Assembly (NCBI GenBank): GCA_010405405.1
Contig: MU004239.1
Span: 682,001 to 746,000, forward strand
Direction: 5' to 3'
Length of the DNA stretch: 64,000 bases
Origin: Microthyrium microscopicum
Taxonomy: Eukaryota
Positions 1 to 12,913 of this stretch are shown here, one piece after another. The notes beneath the pieces were generated by a model. The model saw nothing but the letters and a program-made list of their open reading frames with translations, was not told where the DNA came from and did no database searches. Position 1 is the stretch's first letter, and every line of letters starts with the position of its first letter. A program made the translations under genes and the position numbers.

Positions 1-3000
1 TCCTCGTAACTTAGATTATGCTAAACTCAAGATGTTGGGGCGGAATGAAAGTCCCGGAAACTCTTCGTTCTGTCTATTCTTGCCGAAGTCAAACATTATC
101 AAACATTCTCCCTTACAACATCATTAATCCTCAGTCTCATTGTGATCAAAAAACAACATCCAACATTGTACTATCTTCCTCAGTCGGGTCCAATTCAGCC
201 TTGTAGAGTGATCCGTGGTCTTGTCGTCAACGTGGAAGCTGTGGAACGGCTCCCAACACTGGCGCGTGGTTCTGATTTCTTGTGAATTTGTCTGGCGCAC
301 TCGTAATTGAGATCTTTGACATCCTTCCTATGCTTGAGCTCAACGCGAGGTTGGCATTCAGGCACCGCTACAAGCCTGTTTTCACTATGGCCAACGTTCA
401 GGGTTTTTTTTTATAGAGGACTCTACGCAGTATCTTTCAGTCACTGGGCGAGACATAATTGGTTTCTGAAGATCTCAGGCGTCATGGGTCGTAGGTTGCT
501 AGCAATACGCTTTCCAAACATACGGCCCGTGTGGTAGATGGACTTTCAGTCACGTTTGCGATCTTGGAGTGGGTAGAAAGCAAGCATGTAATGAAGTCAT
601 GGATTTGTTCCATCACTCCCATGACAATGCCTGTTCTTCTCTCGTCAAAATATGTCGATCCGCGCCGCGCGGTACTCAAGAATCCACATGATAGGACTGA
701 AACAGAATGAAGTATTTCACTCGCGGGCCTAGAGTTGAGACAGAGTCGCGGCAGTAGTTCCGATGGACAGCTTCATAATGTTTTTGGGAGGATGGTCGCG
801 GAAACGATTTGGATGGTTGTATGAGACACGTCCGATTGGGAGAATGTCAGCAGCGGTACTCCACGACGGGGAATTTTGACTTTTCGACTAGACGTAATGT
901 AGGAAATTTGTTCTTGACCTTCAAAGGGCTTGCTACGATGTGCTGTGGATTCCGATCGCAAACAGGTCGAGCTCTTGGCTTACGACTATTAGAGCGCTGT
1001 ACTTCGAGTACACTACAATAGGAGGATTCGACCCGTCTTTGGAAAGATTTTGAAATATATCAGGCAACTGGTTGGCCAAAGCTCTTCGGTTGCCTGCTTC
1101 TGTGCAGTTGGATTTGGAGACGGTGAGACTTTCAACCGGACGACTGAGAACAAACATTCACGCAGCCATTGTGAGCATCTGCCGGAGGCTAACAGAAGAG
1201 ATGGAGGACTGGACTTCGAACTGAGGGTAACTTAAATCTCCTAGATCTGACTGAGTTTACTTGATCTATTAGGGCCTATGGAATGGTTTGATTTAAGGTT
1301 GGTCGGTGTGGATGGCGGATCTGCGCATGCGTTTCCGCGAGACACTAGAGCGCCAACGCTGCAAGGCAGATTGAAGCAATGGATTTGGAGAGCCGCGTAG
1401 TAAGTTCTTATCATGAGACTTGTTCGTTATTTGTGGGTCCGGTCGTTACCTTGAAAGAGATAGTTCAGGAGTCGCAACCTATGGCAATTGCAGAAGGAGT
1501 GATTTATACCAGGTGAACAAGGTTTAAAGACCAGGTTATCGTTTTGGACATCTGGAGCAGCAGCCAGTTCGAGGTTTGGAGAACAGTTCATGATAATACC
1601 CACTAGCAATGCATGAACATGCACCTGAGCCTCATCGACGCCCTTCCCGTCGATTCTGTAGTTCGGTTTGCTACAGATGGGCCAACAGCAGAGCAAATGT
1701 CCTTTCTCGCCCTTCCACGCACACAGCCAGCCTTCCAAAATTCAAATTGCTCTTCTTATTCAAAATACCTGCGATCCGGTGGTTCAAGAATATTGAAAAG
1801 TTGATGCTTCTTTGTTTTTGTGGATGTCCAGCTGTCAGCTTTCGTATCTCATTGTTCTTTAAACCCAATTGCCTCTTGTAAGTCGGTGACCTCTTGTATG
1901 TAGCCCGATTTCTTTGGTACCAACCGCTCATGTAGGAAGGCATTTCGACTCAACCTCACAGCACCACTGACTCTCTGTCGCACCAGATCTGGTTGCATAC
2001 TCATTGCAACCAACCCACAGGAAAGTTCCAAGCCGGGTTCACATCATGCTGAGAATTCTCACCAAACTGCCCGTGGGTTGAAAACCCGAAGTATGACTGA
2101 CGTCGCTAAACTGCTCAGGATGCCGAATATGGAGATAATCAAACCGTACGGGTCGGGGAATATGGTCCTTTTACGGTCGAGAAGTCCAAAGCGACGGTCA
2201 ACGGGACCAAATACATCCTGAAATGCCCCGATGGCACTTTGTGGCAGGACGGAGAGTACATCGAGGAGACATCACTCTCCAAAGACGCTTGACATGCCAT
2301 CGACACTACACATGGCATATATTGTTCCGTCGAGCTGCTCTGCCATGAAGTTGATAAATGCTCTGCCATGGCCGTGGCTATAGTGAGAAATTAGACAACA
2401 AATGATCATATTTTGCTCACCAGTTGACTCCAGTGGATGATGTGTACCTTGACGAATTGTATTTCACAGAGTGTTGAAAAGTGCAAGAAGTCCCTGCATC
2501 TAGTTGAAGTATATCTTTTGACGTGGTATCAATGGCAGGAATGCACTTGGTATGTTGTTGATGCCTTTACTATTAGAACAACCTGCTGATTTTACTCCTT
2601 GTACAGACGAAATTGTTTCCCGCGCAGATTTGCAGGTATGAACTCACTCTAAACTTCAGGTCGATATCCTCGGGATTTGATAGAAGTATTTCACAACGAC
2701 TCAAGAGAAAATCCACCACAGTCAACATGATGCATGGCTGCTTCGTGACTCGTGAGACCTTGAGCAATTGTAGTTGAGAAAGGCTACCTCAGTTCAGCCC
2801 TAGTGCTGTAGAAAGTACGTGTTTTCCCCTGGTCCCTATGTTTGATTGGGCTTCGGAGACTGAATTTTAATGGCCGTGTTAGCCGCTAACCGAACGGAAG
2901 GAACGGATCGTTCGGGCAATCATGTGCGACATGACAGGAGGTCTACAATATCGGCCTTAGCCATTTCCGCGTATACACTGCGATATTCTCCTCTGGTTGG

Positions 3001-3900
3001 GCACACAGAGCTTCTCCAACACCATACAGCGCATCGCTATGCATGAGCAACCCAACTGGGCATAGCTCGCGATAGAGCTAGTTGATGAACCCGCTCTTCA
3101 TATTCGGCAACAATATAGTGGCACATTGATTGATAGTACGTCTTGATTGCAGTGAATGTGATCATGGAAGATAGAGACCGCTTTCTTCGCAGCTTACGGG
3201 GTACTCCAGGAACCAGTACCTGTGCTGCCCCTAAAACCCGGGGCGCTGAGATGGTTCTTTCCCACAGTTGGAGTATATCACTCTTCGAACAATTCATACA
3301 GCGTAGCTATGGTTGCATTTCTCGAGCCTGCCATTCTATGCATCTACTAGAGCTATTGGTTCTGGACGCTTGCAGGTCAAATTCTTCATGGCTAGCTGCG
3401 CCCTTTATTGTGCCAACGAGCTACGTCTTGCGAGGTGGGATTACAGCGGAATAGTCATCATAGATCGACTCCTGTCAAGACATGTTTGCGAAGGGCGCAA
3501 CAGTTGAGGATTTTGTATATATCAGTCCGGCCCAACGGTCAGTCTTGGCTCTCCTTGGACGTAGTGCTGCTACAAACACTACTGGAATGGCTACCAGTGC
3601 ACTTCACGACCTGACTGTCGAAGGATTCCAAACCCGGTTCGCCCAAAACCATTCAGAACAATGGACTGCCACTTCTAGTATCGCAGGCGCCCGCACGCAC
3701 AGGTGTGCCAGCCCGGAGGCCAATAGCTTGCAGAGTATGGCAATCCAACATCTCCTGTCGTCTCACTGCACCGCTGCGTGTTGTAGTTTGCAGCCTGACG
3801 TATATAAGAAGCGCCGAAACATTCTCTCCCCTAGGCTGGCCATAATCTCTTGTCCTCCTTTCCAGGAATCAAACTCAAGGAGCGACGATATCGTTCTTCA

Positions 3901-5370
3901 ATGCCTGGTATAACGAAGTCGCAAGCCGTGCTTCTCAGCTGTAAGAGTCTCTGCTCTCCACTTATGCTAGCTAACAATCTGAAGACGACAGACTGCCTGA
4001 GGGGGCTCCTCAAGTAGCTCACCTAACAAGCTTAGATCCCCACCTGAATATCTCTCGGTCGTACGCTTTCCTACGACGCCTCGATCTTATATACTGGCAG
4101 CAGGAATTGGCAGAGTTGGAGAATAGGTTTAAGAAAGTAGGCTTGTCGGGAGAAAGCCTACAGACAGATAAAGTCGTTTCCTCCCAAGGTTAGTATCGTA
4201 TCACTGGCAGTCTCTCAGCCCATGCCATGAACAACCGAACCCCTTAGTTACGTATCCTCCAAACGTGACCCAATGGGTAAAATAATACTGTCCAGTATAT
4301 TGGACTAGACTTCTGTTTGTAAACCTGTCTTACAATATGCATGTTCTAGATAGTAATGCAGACGGCCGTATCGACCATACACCTTGTTATTGATGACTAT
4401 CCCCTTTTGGCAAATCCCAATACTAAAACAAGACAGGTGATATCACGGAGCTGAGAGACAAGATGCGAGAATATCGTAAGTTCAATCTTAATTCTTCTGA
4501 TCATCAAATCACTGTCTAAACGGCAACAGGTCTAGCTCTGATCAACGATTCCCTGGTAGAATCGTTGCCAACGCCAGCTTATAGAGATATCTTGACATCG
4601 GCTGATATGCTTGAAATCGGATACGATCGCAAAGAGAAACAAATTCACTTGGATAGACATGACCTTGTTAGCCTTACACCTTGTCCGGATCATGCCATTG
4701 CTACTGTCTCCAATCTTGTGGCCAGTATCGCTCTAAAAATGGAGTATGTCAGTGAGAACCTCCTACTTGGGGTAAGATCTTAACACTACTTTATGTTGAC
4801 ATATACATATTGACGCCAGCAGCCCCTCGTGGAACGTATAAACCCCGGCCCGGGGAAAAGACCTCGAAAGACCATTTACGCTTACGGTCGCTGGGTGAGT
4901 TTGACGAAATGCTTCCTTCAGGACGTTGAGGGGTGAATCATGTGCAATATCTTGTCTATAGGAGTATCTGGTCTACAAAAGTGGCAAGATGGTTGGGAGC
5001 TAACAGCCTTTAGGTCAACTACATGAGCAGGCTCATCGTAGCTGGAACAATCACGACCGCCATCGTGGGGCCAGTCCTTATACTCGCCAAATTACCCAGT
5101 CCAGGATGGAGACTGGCAGTCTGCGGAATTTCTGCAGCGTTTTACCCTTTATTCTTTTCTGCCATAATCAGACCGAAAACTTCTGAACTGGTGTTCATAT
5201 CCGCGAGGTAGGTAGAACTAACTCATTAAAGCAACATACTGACAGTTTTGAGTCTGATGGCAATCACGGCGATGTTTATCTCTAATAATCTCGATCAGTT
5301 CAATGACTCAGGTGCTGGTTTCCTCCGGAGTAATGGCACACTACCATCTTCAATGAATCTTTGCGCTTGA
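3901..5370 (+). CDS. DUF6594-like membrane protein (multi-exon)
   Basis: Manual splicing from ATG 3901 (TATATAAG at ~3801) gives MPGITKSQAVLLSY|DRLPEGAPQVAHLTSLDPHLNISRSYAFLRRLDLIYWQQELAELENRF. This resembles the DUF6594 'GYP.LA.F...RRF..L....LL..Q.EL..LE' pattern. Later exons give DITELRDKMREY, DLVSL and C-terminal TM helices (ORF 5023-5211). Internal exon boundaries are approximate. Confidence 0.65.
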
Positions 5371-5775
5371 GATTCATGAGCAGGGCTCAATTTCTCTTGC
5401 TGTTTCTGCTTTGCGTAGGATTTGCTTTCAGGGGTGAGCGTATAGTTGATCGAGGTTAGTAAAACATGCTGGTGGCAGGCCACTTAGTGTTTCTGCAATG
5501 AATTGAGTTTCCCATTACCTATCAAGTTGGGTGCTTTTGACTTGGGAATGATTAGCCGGAGAAGTAAAGGTTTTCTAGTTCGCGTTGCTCGCTTTTCAAT
5601 CTCACACGACCACACAAGGCTGAGAATGTTTAGTCGCCAGCACGTGTTTGAAAAAGTGATGAATTAGTATTTACATGCATACCGATGACCCGGCCGTAAC
5701 ATCGTCTGGGCCCTTGAAAACATCCTGGGGTATCGTCGAACTCGCATAATGTATATCCTCAGCTACAACCGGGCT

Positions 5776-6907
5776 TTACTCCATTTCGACAGGATGTCCT
5801 ACTGCGCTGGTGTTTGGCAGCTCGACCGGTCCAGTAGCTTGCATATGTGGGCTATGTGCGCCTACAGGTTGATAATTGCCCGAGTATCGAGAGTCGTAAG
5901 TCGCTGCGGGACTGCCATATGGAACCGGTGCCAATTTGGCATCATGTGGAGATGGGTATTGTTGATTAGGACTTCCATATTGACTTCCATATTGATTTGG
6001 CCCGCCATATTGAGTTGTGTCCTGGGTGGGAGCTGCAGCCACGGCCTTCTTCTTCTTGTTCCGTCGCATGCAGAAGAATATTAGGCCAACAAGGAGAGCA
6101 AGACCAACAATTGGTCCTACTACTGCACCTGCAATCCATGCCTTTGACCCCGAGCTTTTATTTTGTGTCGTGCCTCCACTGGTACTAGTTGGCGATGATC
6201 CCGTCGAAGCCTGGGACTCCGAGGAGTCTGACAGCGTTTCTGTGATATTCGCCTGTAGAACAACGTTTTGGTAGAGTGTGTTAACCACATACCCCGGCTG
6301 GGCGCAGTTTATGAAGTAAGAGGCGGGATCACTGCCTCCACTCGAGGGATAGACTGTGATCGATCGACAGAAATAACCTGTGCCATCACTTTGAAAGGTT
6401 AGGGTTTACTCCATTAAGATCACAAGATGGAAGAGTTTACGTACCAAGTTCTGACTTGTGTCCCTCGCATTAGCGAATTGCCTGTGCAGTATGCTACAAC
6501 AGTGGAAGCGCAATCAGCTGAGTTGGCTTCAGTGCAGCATCTATTAACCGATCAGTCTCAAGTCATCATGCGAAGCTTGCTGTGTCATTAATCTTCTAAA
6601 ATGTCATTCCACAACCTGCGCATAATGACACCTTGATAGAGTATAGAGCACCCAGCAACGATGCGATTTGGGCTGGAGTCCTACTCTAAATGTGTCCCTG
6701 AGCTATAGACACTTCCTGTTCCACAGCGCACCGGCGAAGGTGTGCCAGCGGCATTTAGATAGTAGCCTAGGATAGTTAGCATCACGGCATGGTAACTTGG
6801 GTTAAATGGAAGCATCTACCTTGAAAAGCAGCATCGTTTGTTGGTGGGACCAAGGTTGAAGGGGATTGTGTAATAGTGACATGGGCGCTGGTTACGGTAG
6901 TCGACAT
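5776..6907 (-). CDS. Single-pass membrane protein with Cys-rich N-terminal region, Ser/Thr stalk and TM helix (Mid2/WSC-like architecture)
   Basis: ORF 5776-6288 has an S/T-rich stalk, the TM AWIAGAVVGPIVGLALLVGLIFFCM, a basic RRNKKKK stop-transfer and a PVELP/PVEME tail. Upstream GT-AG exons encode CCTEANSADC...YCTG. The start at 6907 is inferred. Confidence 0.7.
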
Positions 6908-8297
6908 ATTTGTTGATATAGAGTATTGTATATAGTATTCGTTTTCACAAAGAAGGAACGAAAGACTTGCTCAACGCTGCTGAAAACAATTGAACAGTCC
7001 GAACTTTCAAGATGAAGCAAAAAGAGAAGTCGAAACAATACAGGCCTGGGCCCAAGTTCTGGTTTAAACCAAAGATGCATGGTCAAGCACTACTGTTATC
7101 GCTCCTTAAAATAACACAACCAAAAGCTGCGTGCTGTTTGAATCAACCCGTTTTACCGGCAGTAGTCCACCAATACTTGGTCAAGTCAGACCGTTAGTGC
7201 AGAGTCGAGGCTGAGGCCCATGCATAAACTAAGCCACGAACTGGGACGAAAGAAGGTTGGGGAGTCTTGGAAGGAGGTTTGGTCTCCGTGCTCCACTTCT
7301 CAACACCAATGCAATTGGTGGGACCCTGGTAAAACAAAGTTGTTGAGCAAAAGATCTCCACGAGCCGAGCCGAATTGGTAATGGTGTGGATGGCTACGAG
7401 GGAAAAGTGTCTCTTTGGTGGAGATCGTGCTTCCATCATTTTGAGCCTTTTGGAGAAGCTTTTTAAAATTGCGAATGTGATCATTATCCTTTGTTTTTAC
7501 AAATGACAGTTCAAAATCTAACCTTACTACAGTTTTGATATCGACTTGGATCCCATTGATTAGAATATACATAATAAGGAACTGGCCTATCCAAGCCTTA
7601 ATCGGCTTCGCGGTGTAAGAGTGTGGGAAAAGAGTCCATTCTGCACGGCCACGTTGAAGACTTGAAGTGAATTGAGGTATATAAATATAAAATAAGGCCT
7701 GGGTAGTAGTATGGAGTAGCACCGCTATGAAACAATCCTGGCTTCGTGGACTAACAGATCCATGTTTCATTATCACCCGCCACATGGCATACTAACCTTT
7801 TTGGTAGACTTGGTAGACTATATCTTGAGCCGTACCCTCTTGGAGTCGTGGTACAACAACAATATCTACCTCGAAAAGCACATCCTGCGATGTCTGCAAG
7901 AACTTGAGAACAGTGCTGTAGCTTTAAACTCAACGAAGCGTTCAATGCGATACGCGCAGTACAGATCTGATTCTTCTATATGCGCAGCCGCGTTGGGGTA
8001 TGCAGACATGATGCGCTCAAACAATATTGCAGCAGTCTGTTGCAACTGCTGTAATTGCTGAATGCCCTTATTGCATTCAATGGGGTTGCATTCGATGGGC
8101 GTTAATTGCGATATAGGAAGTTTGATGTTTGATATTGATTCACTTCAACGAAGTTTGCGGGAAATGACGGAATTATCATTCGATATCTATCATAACTTAC
8201 CACTGGCACGGAATACTTTGATTGGAGGATTCCGGCGTTCATTATACATCATGGAGTCAATATTTTCAGCTCAGAGCTTTGCCCGGAACTTTGATGG

Positions 8298-9749
8298 CTA
8301 GGACGATGAAGGAGGAGCCGCAGTATTTTGAGTTGCTTCATTCCTTTGAACAGCACCAAAGCGGGTATTTCCCTGGTCGAAGATCTATGTCCAATGTTAG
8401 CAAAAGTTGGCATCTGGAGAATGTGGGAACTTACGGCGTAAATACTCTTCAGGAAGGTATCTCCAAGGATATCGAAATCCATGTCTCCACGGGATTGGAT
8501 ACCGCCGTACACCATTCCGTTTCCAGCATCAGCAAAGCCAAGGTCTTCCTTCTGGACAGCAAATTGCTTGTCTCCAACAGCAAAGGTCACAACTGGTAGC
8601 TGGTCCGCGGTGGTGCTGGATGGGAAGAGATATCCCTGCTGTGTAGAATCATACTTGGAGCCTGGAATGGCGGCATAGATGGCCTTGCAGGTAGCGTCCG
8701 CTGTCAAGAGCAATGTGGTACCGGTATCAGCAATAGCTGTATTGCCAGATTGAGTGATAGTCTTGCCATTGACAGTCATTGATGCCGATGCAAACTGCCA
8801 GAAGCCTTGACTATTATCGACTGGGGTATAGCTTGGCTGAGCATTTCCGTTGGCAGCAAGAACATCTTGGTCAATATAACCAAAGGTGTAGAATGATTTG
8901 CCCTGGTCTGCATCAGCAGTGTCTCTCCAGCTTCCAAGATATGCGGTGAAGAGCTCTGCAGTCTGGGGGATCTCGTCTTCAGTGATCATGTTCTGCACCG
9001 GTGTGGCGACAGCCGTTGGTTTGACAGTGTTGATACTTCCCCATGCGAGGCCGAGAAGACCAGAGCCTGGTCCTGTTGTGAACTGCGTGGAAACCTTGCT
9101 GGCAACTTCAACAGCTTGGTTCTTGATGGTGAGACCACCAAGAGTTACATTGTCGGTGTAGACGTCTCCTGACGCGCTTGAGGAGTCGCCGTACTGAATT
9201 TGCCAAGTGCTGCCTGTACTCTTCTTTGCAGTAGACGACTTGGCTGGGTTGTAAATAGCATGTCCCGAAGAAGTCAAGGAGGACTGAGTGGCCGATGGCA
9301 ATTCAGTGGACAGAACCCAGAGATCGCTGGACCCAGTGTCGAAATCAAGAGGAAGAGTCTGAGCTGGCGTGCCGATTTGGACCTGGACGGTGTATTCAGA
9401 GTCGTTCTGCTGATCGTCCGCGCTCACTGAGGTTCCAGTGGTTGATCCAGTACCAGATGGTTGAGCTGGAGCTGGTGCTGAGCCAGTAGCAGGCTGATCA
9501 GCGGCAGCTCCATGTTTGTGGCTATGGTGGTGTTTGTATGCTTCACTTTTCAACAGCTCCTTGTTTGACCCTCGAACATATGGGCCAGGTAGTGTTGGTG
9601 TGAAATTGTCTGCAAAAGGTCAGATGTGAATTCAAGCAATTTGGACGCTTTGAAGCTATACATTTTCGCAGAAGCCATACATATGACTTGGGCCCGGAGG
9701 GTTTGTAGTGAGTGTTATGCTTGATGGGGATTCTGACGTTCTTAATCAT
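8298..9749 (-). CDS. Aspartic protease, peptidase A1 (aspergillopepsin/penicillopepsin-like), 3 exons
   Basis: Catalytic motifs DFDTGSSDLW and IADTGTT, plus ILGDTFLK. First exon MIKNVRIP...LLRKY; last exon IFDQGNTRFGAVQR...SSS* ends at 8298. Confidence 0.93.
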
Positions 9750-11090
9750 GTTGGTGGTTGTGATACAAGTTTGTGGGAGATGAGTGTCAAGAGGTTAATG
9801 GTTGAAGATCTTGTAGCTGTTGCAAGTTGAAAGGGTAAAGATTTAAGCTTTCAAATAGCAGCTACGTCGGGTAGTACTAGTAGTTATAATAGCTGTACTC
9901 AGCCTACGAAACTGGTCTCAGCCAGCCTACCACAAACGAAATCCGCTTTAATTTCAGGCCTACTGCAATGATGCTCTATGACGAACATTGAAGGCGCGAA
10001 GGCAGAAGGTATCACCGCCTGTCTCGGGCTATGAAGTTGGAAAATCAGCAATCACTCATGTTGATAGGTACTAGCTTCGTCATAATGTGATCGGAGCTAG
10101 TCTGTCAAACAACTTAAAGTGGATGAAGAGTGCGTTGGCGCCTATCACCAATATCATGACGCAAGAAATCAAGGCTGAAAACAGACCACACGTATGATTC
10201 TGCATCCAAAAAGGGTAGTGAGCTGCAAAACAACAGTAGCGGCAAGAAATATGCATAAAAGAAAGCAGCGAAGCGAGCCAGTAACTTTTCGAAAGCAGCA
10301 CCCCAGACAAATAGAAGCCATTGATTTGTCGGCAGTTGTTTGTTGCGAGTAGGTATTTCATCAAAAAGTGCGCAAACGCACGGGAAGCTGTTTTGGAGGA
10401 ACGTGGATAATTACTTGATTTTGCTGCTGTACGCGCAATATTGAACACGCATTTCAAGAATAATTGCATCTGTGTTCGTTATTGGAGACTCTTCCCAACC
10501 ACGTACCACCTGATGCCCGAATGCAGCAGAACCAGATCAGCCTAGAGTTGATTTGGTCAAGTTTAGATGATTTGGTACCGAGACCCCGGATTATATCCCG
10601 GTAAATATTGAAACAAGCTTTCCAAGAAGAAATAAGGTTTTGTGCCTTGCTTGAGAAGTTGAGCACAGCTTCACAGTGGTGGCACTTCCTCCCCCTTACT
10701 TCTTCTCGACCACTGCCTTTGATGATCACCTCCAATGATTCATCTTGAAACACGACAGGAATCTTGATAAGCGAGCAACAAGCCATCGTTCTATGCTGTC
10801 TTTTGTCAGGCAACTAGCCGACGTCTATTTTACGGACAATGTCTTTCAAAGATTCAATACGCAGCAAATTCGTTTCATAAAGAGAAGATACAGGATAACG
10901 ATATTTGGTTGTAAAATGGAAGGAGCGAGAAAGTGCACTTTCCAAAGAACAAGGACAAAACATCGATGGATGGTCGGATGACGCGCCATACAGACTCGTC
11001 TCAGCGACGCGTGGTAAATCAGTCGCAAGCACCTCGTAGCCTGGCCGTCTCCACGCCGAGTAGACACTTAAAAGATTGTTCCCCTCGATC

Positions 11091-12367
11091 ATGGCGACCA
11101 TGCTTCTGGACTTTGATTCTCAAGGAGATGTGATCTTGCTCGTAGGAAACAGGCCCGATGATGGAACCACAGAAGCGACTTCTGGAAGCAAATTTCTCAG
11201 CATCGTGAACATGGGTGTCAGCATGTCAACAGTGAAGCTAAAAGTTTCTTCCAAGAAACTCATTGCTTCATCTCCTTGCTTCGAAGCAATGCTTGATGGA
11301 TCTCACAAGGAGGCTCAAGAGTTGCGAGACAGTGGTACAACAGAGATCAACCTTTGCGGTAAGTGCAAGACAAGTTTCCTTCCTAACGAAAACCAGTGTT
11401 ACTTGAAATCGATCTGGCACACTACTGCTTTGATAGTGTGCTGGCGATGATGACTTTCTTTTCTGTTCTAATCCTAACTCGTCAAAGGCCCAGAGGATGA
11501 TCCTGAGGCGATGATCATCATCATGGGAATCCTCCACGGAACTGGAAGCGATATCAAACCACCAAACACAACCAACCTCTTCCTACTAGAAAAGATTGTA
11601 GATCTTACCGACAAGTACCAGTGCCATGCGGTGGTTCTTAACAGTGCCCGGCAGTGGGCCGACAAGCTCTACAATCTCGAAGGACTTCCGACCACTCTCA
11701 ATCCTGATCTACTGAGCTGGTTATGGATCTCATGGGTATTGGGCCTGCAGTCACATTTCCAGACGTTGTCAGCTGTTGCAATGCGAACTACCATAGGTCC
11801 AATGAGTCTCACTGATGAATCCATAAAAGTGCCTGAAAGGGTTGTTAGTAGGTGCAACTAGCCATATACTATGCTATCGAAGCTTATCACAATGTAGCTC
11901 AGATGAACGACAAACGCCGTTGGGCTTTTAGCCAACTAGAACAAGCAGCCGATCAATTGCTGGAGGACCTAATGAAGCAGAATTGTCCTCTTCCTTCGAC
12001 AGACGACCGCAGTGACGATGAAAACCTCGGTCTCTATCTAACAAAATGCGCTATTCTCGGCTATTCAAGCGCCCAGTTTCAGAAGTTGAAAATCTCTGAT
12101 GTGGATGGCAGCTCTGTTGCAGCCATCCAAGAAGCAGTTGGCAACCTTTACGATTTCGATCCCAATTACAACTACTATCGAAAGTACCAATCATCAAGAA
12201 CCCGAGAAGACTTCGTGTCATTGCTTCAACAATGCCCCCAGTGGAATTTGAAGAAAAGACTACAAGAAGTTTTGGATGGGCTCGACAACATGACTTTGGG
12301 ATTAGACTATGAAACCCTCAGACCGCCGCACCTCGATGCCACTCATCCACCAGGAATTTCGGTTTAA
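11091..12367 (+). CDS. BTB/POZ domain protein (3 exons)
   Basis: DSQGDVILLVG...KVSSKKLIASSPCFEAML...EA...EINL | DDPEAMIIIMGILHG...DKYQC...WLWISWVLG is a typical fungal BTB pattern spread over ORFs 11076, 11511 and 11852, joined by GT-AG introns. Confidence 0.85.
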
Positions 12368-12642
12368 AGAAACAATGCATACCGCAACGAAAGTTCGGAA
12401 CCAATGCTCTTACAGAACAATGAGACTCTTCGCATCCACTGCACCAATCAGGAACCTTTCGCAATCAAATTTATCGTCAGGACTGTTTATTATTCTTTGT
12501 CACTCCACAATGCTAACAAAATGGCAATCAAATGCCACCTTACGAGACTTGCAAGCCACTATAAGTATAGGGGAAATCATCCATTGGACTAGCAGAGGTT
12601 TATGATAGGTAGTCAAGGTAGTGAATTGTTTAAATAGTATAT

Positions 12643-12732
12643 TCCGCGGAGGTGTAAATACTAGAGCGCAGTCCGCAGAGGTGTATATATCGCAGTGCGC
12701 AGAGGTGTCATTAGTACAATCCGCAGAGGTGT
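12643..12732. repeat. Degenerate minisatellite: 4 copies of a T(C/G)CGC(A/G)GAGGTGT core
   Basis: Cores start at 12643, 12672, 12696 and 12720 (periods 29, 24, 24 bp) with variable linkers. Confidence 0.75.
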
Positions 12733-12913
12733 TTGCAATCGCTTATGCTTCTTACCATCAAAAAGCTGCGGATAGCCTTATCGCAGGTCTATATGGTGAA
12801 TCTCACTGTCTGCCGTGTATGAAGGGCCTGGACATATGTCCGGCCTTTGCAAACCAATATGCATATGATGATGCCGGATAGGCTGTCATGTCATCGTTGG
12901 CAGAGATCATACC

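Noticed and set aside
850..1225. Possible degraded gene (one + frame reads protein-like between stops)
   Set aside because: Multiple stops and no recognisable family motif.
2119..2292. Possible terminal exon DAEYGDNQTVRVGEYGPFTVEK...SKDA*
   Set aside because: It has an acceptor-like site, but no convincing upstream exon or start could be built.
12643..12732. CRISPR-like array
   Set aside because: Eukaryotic context, repeats and spacers far too short, and no cas genes.
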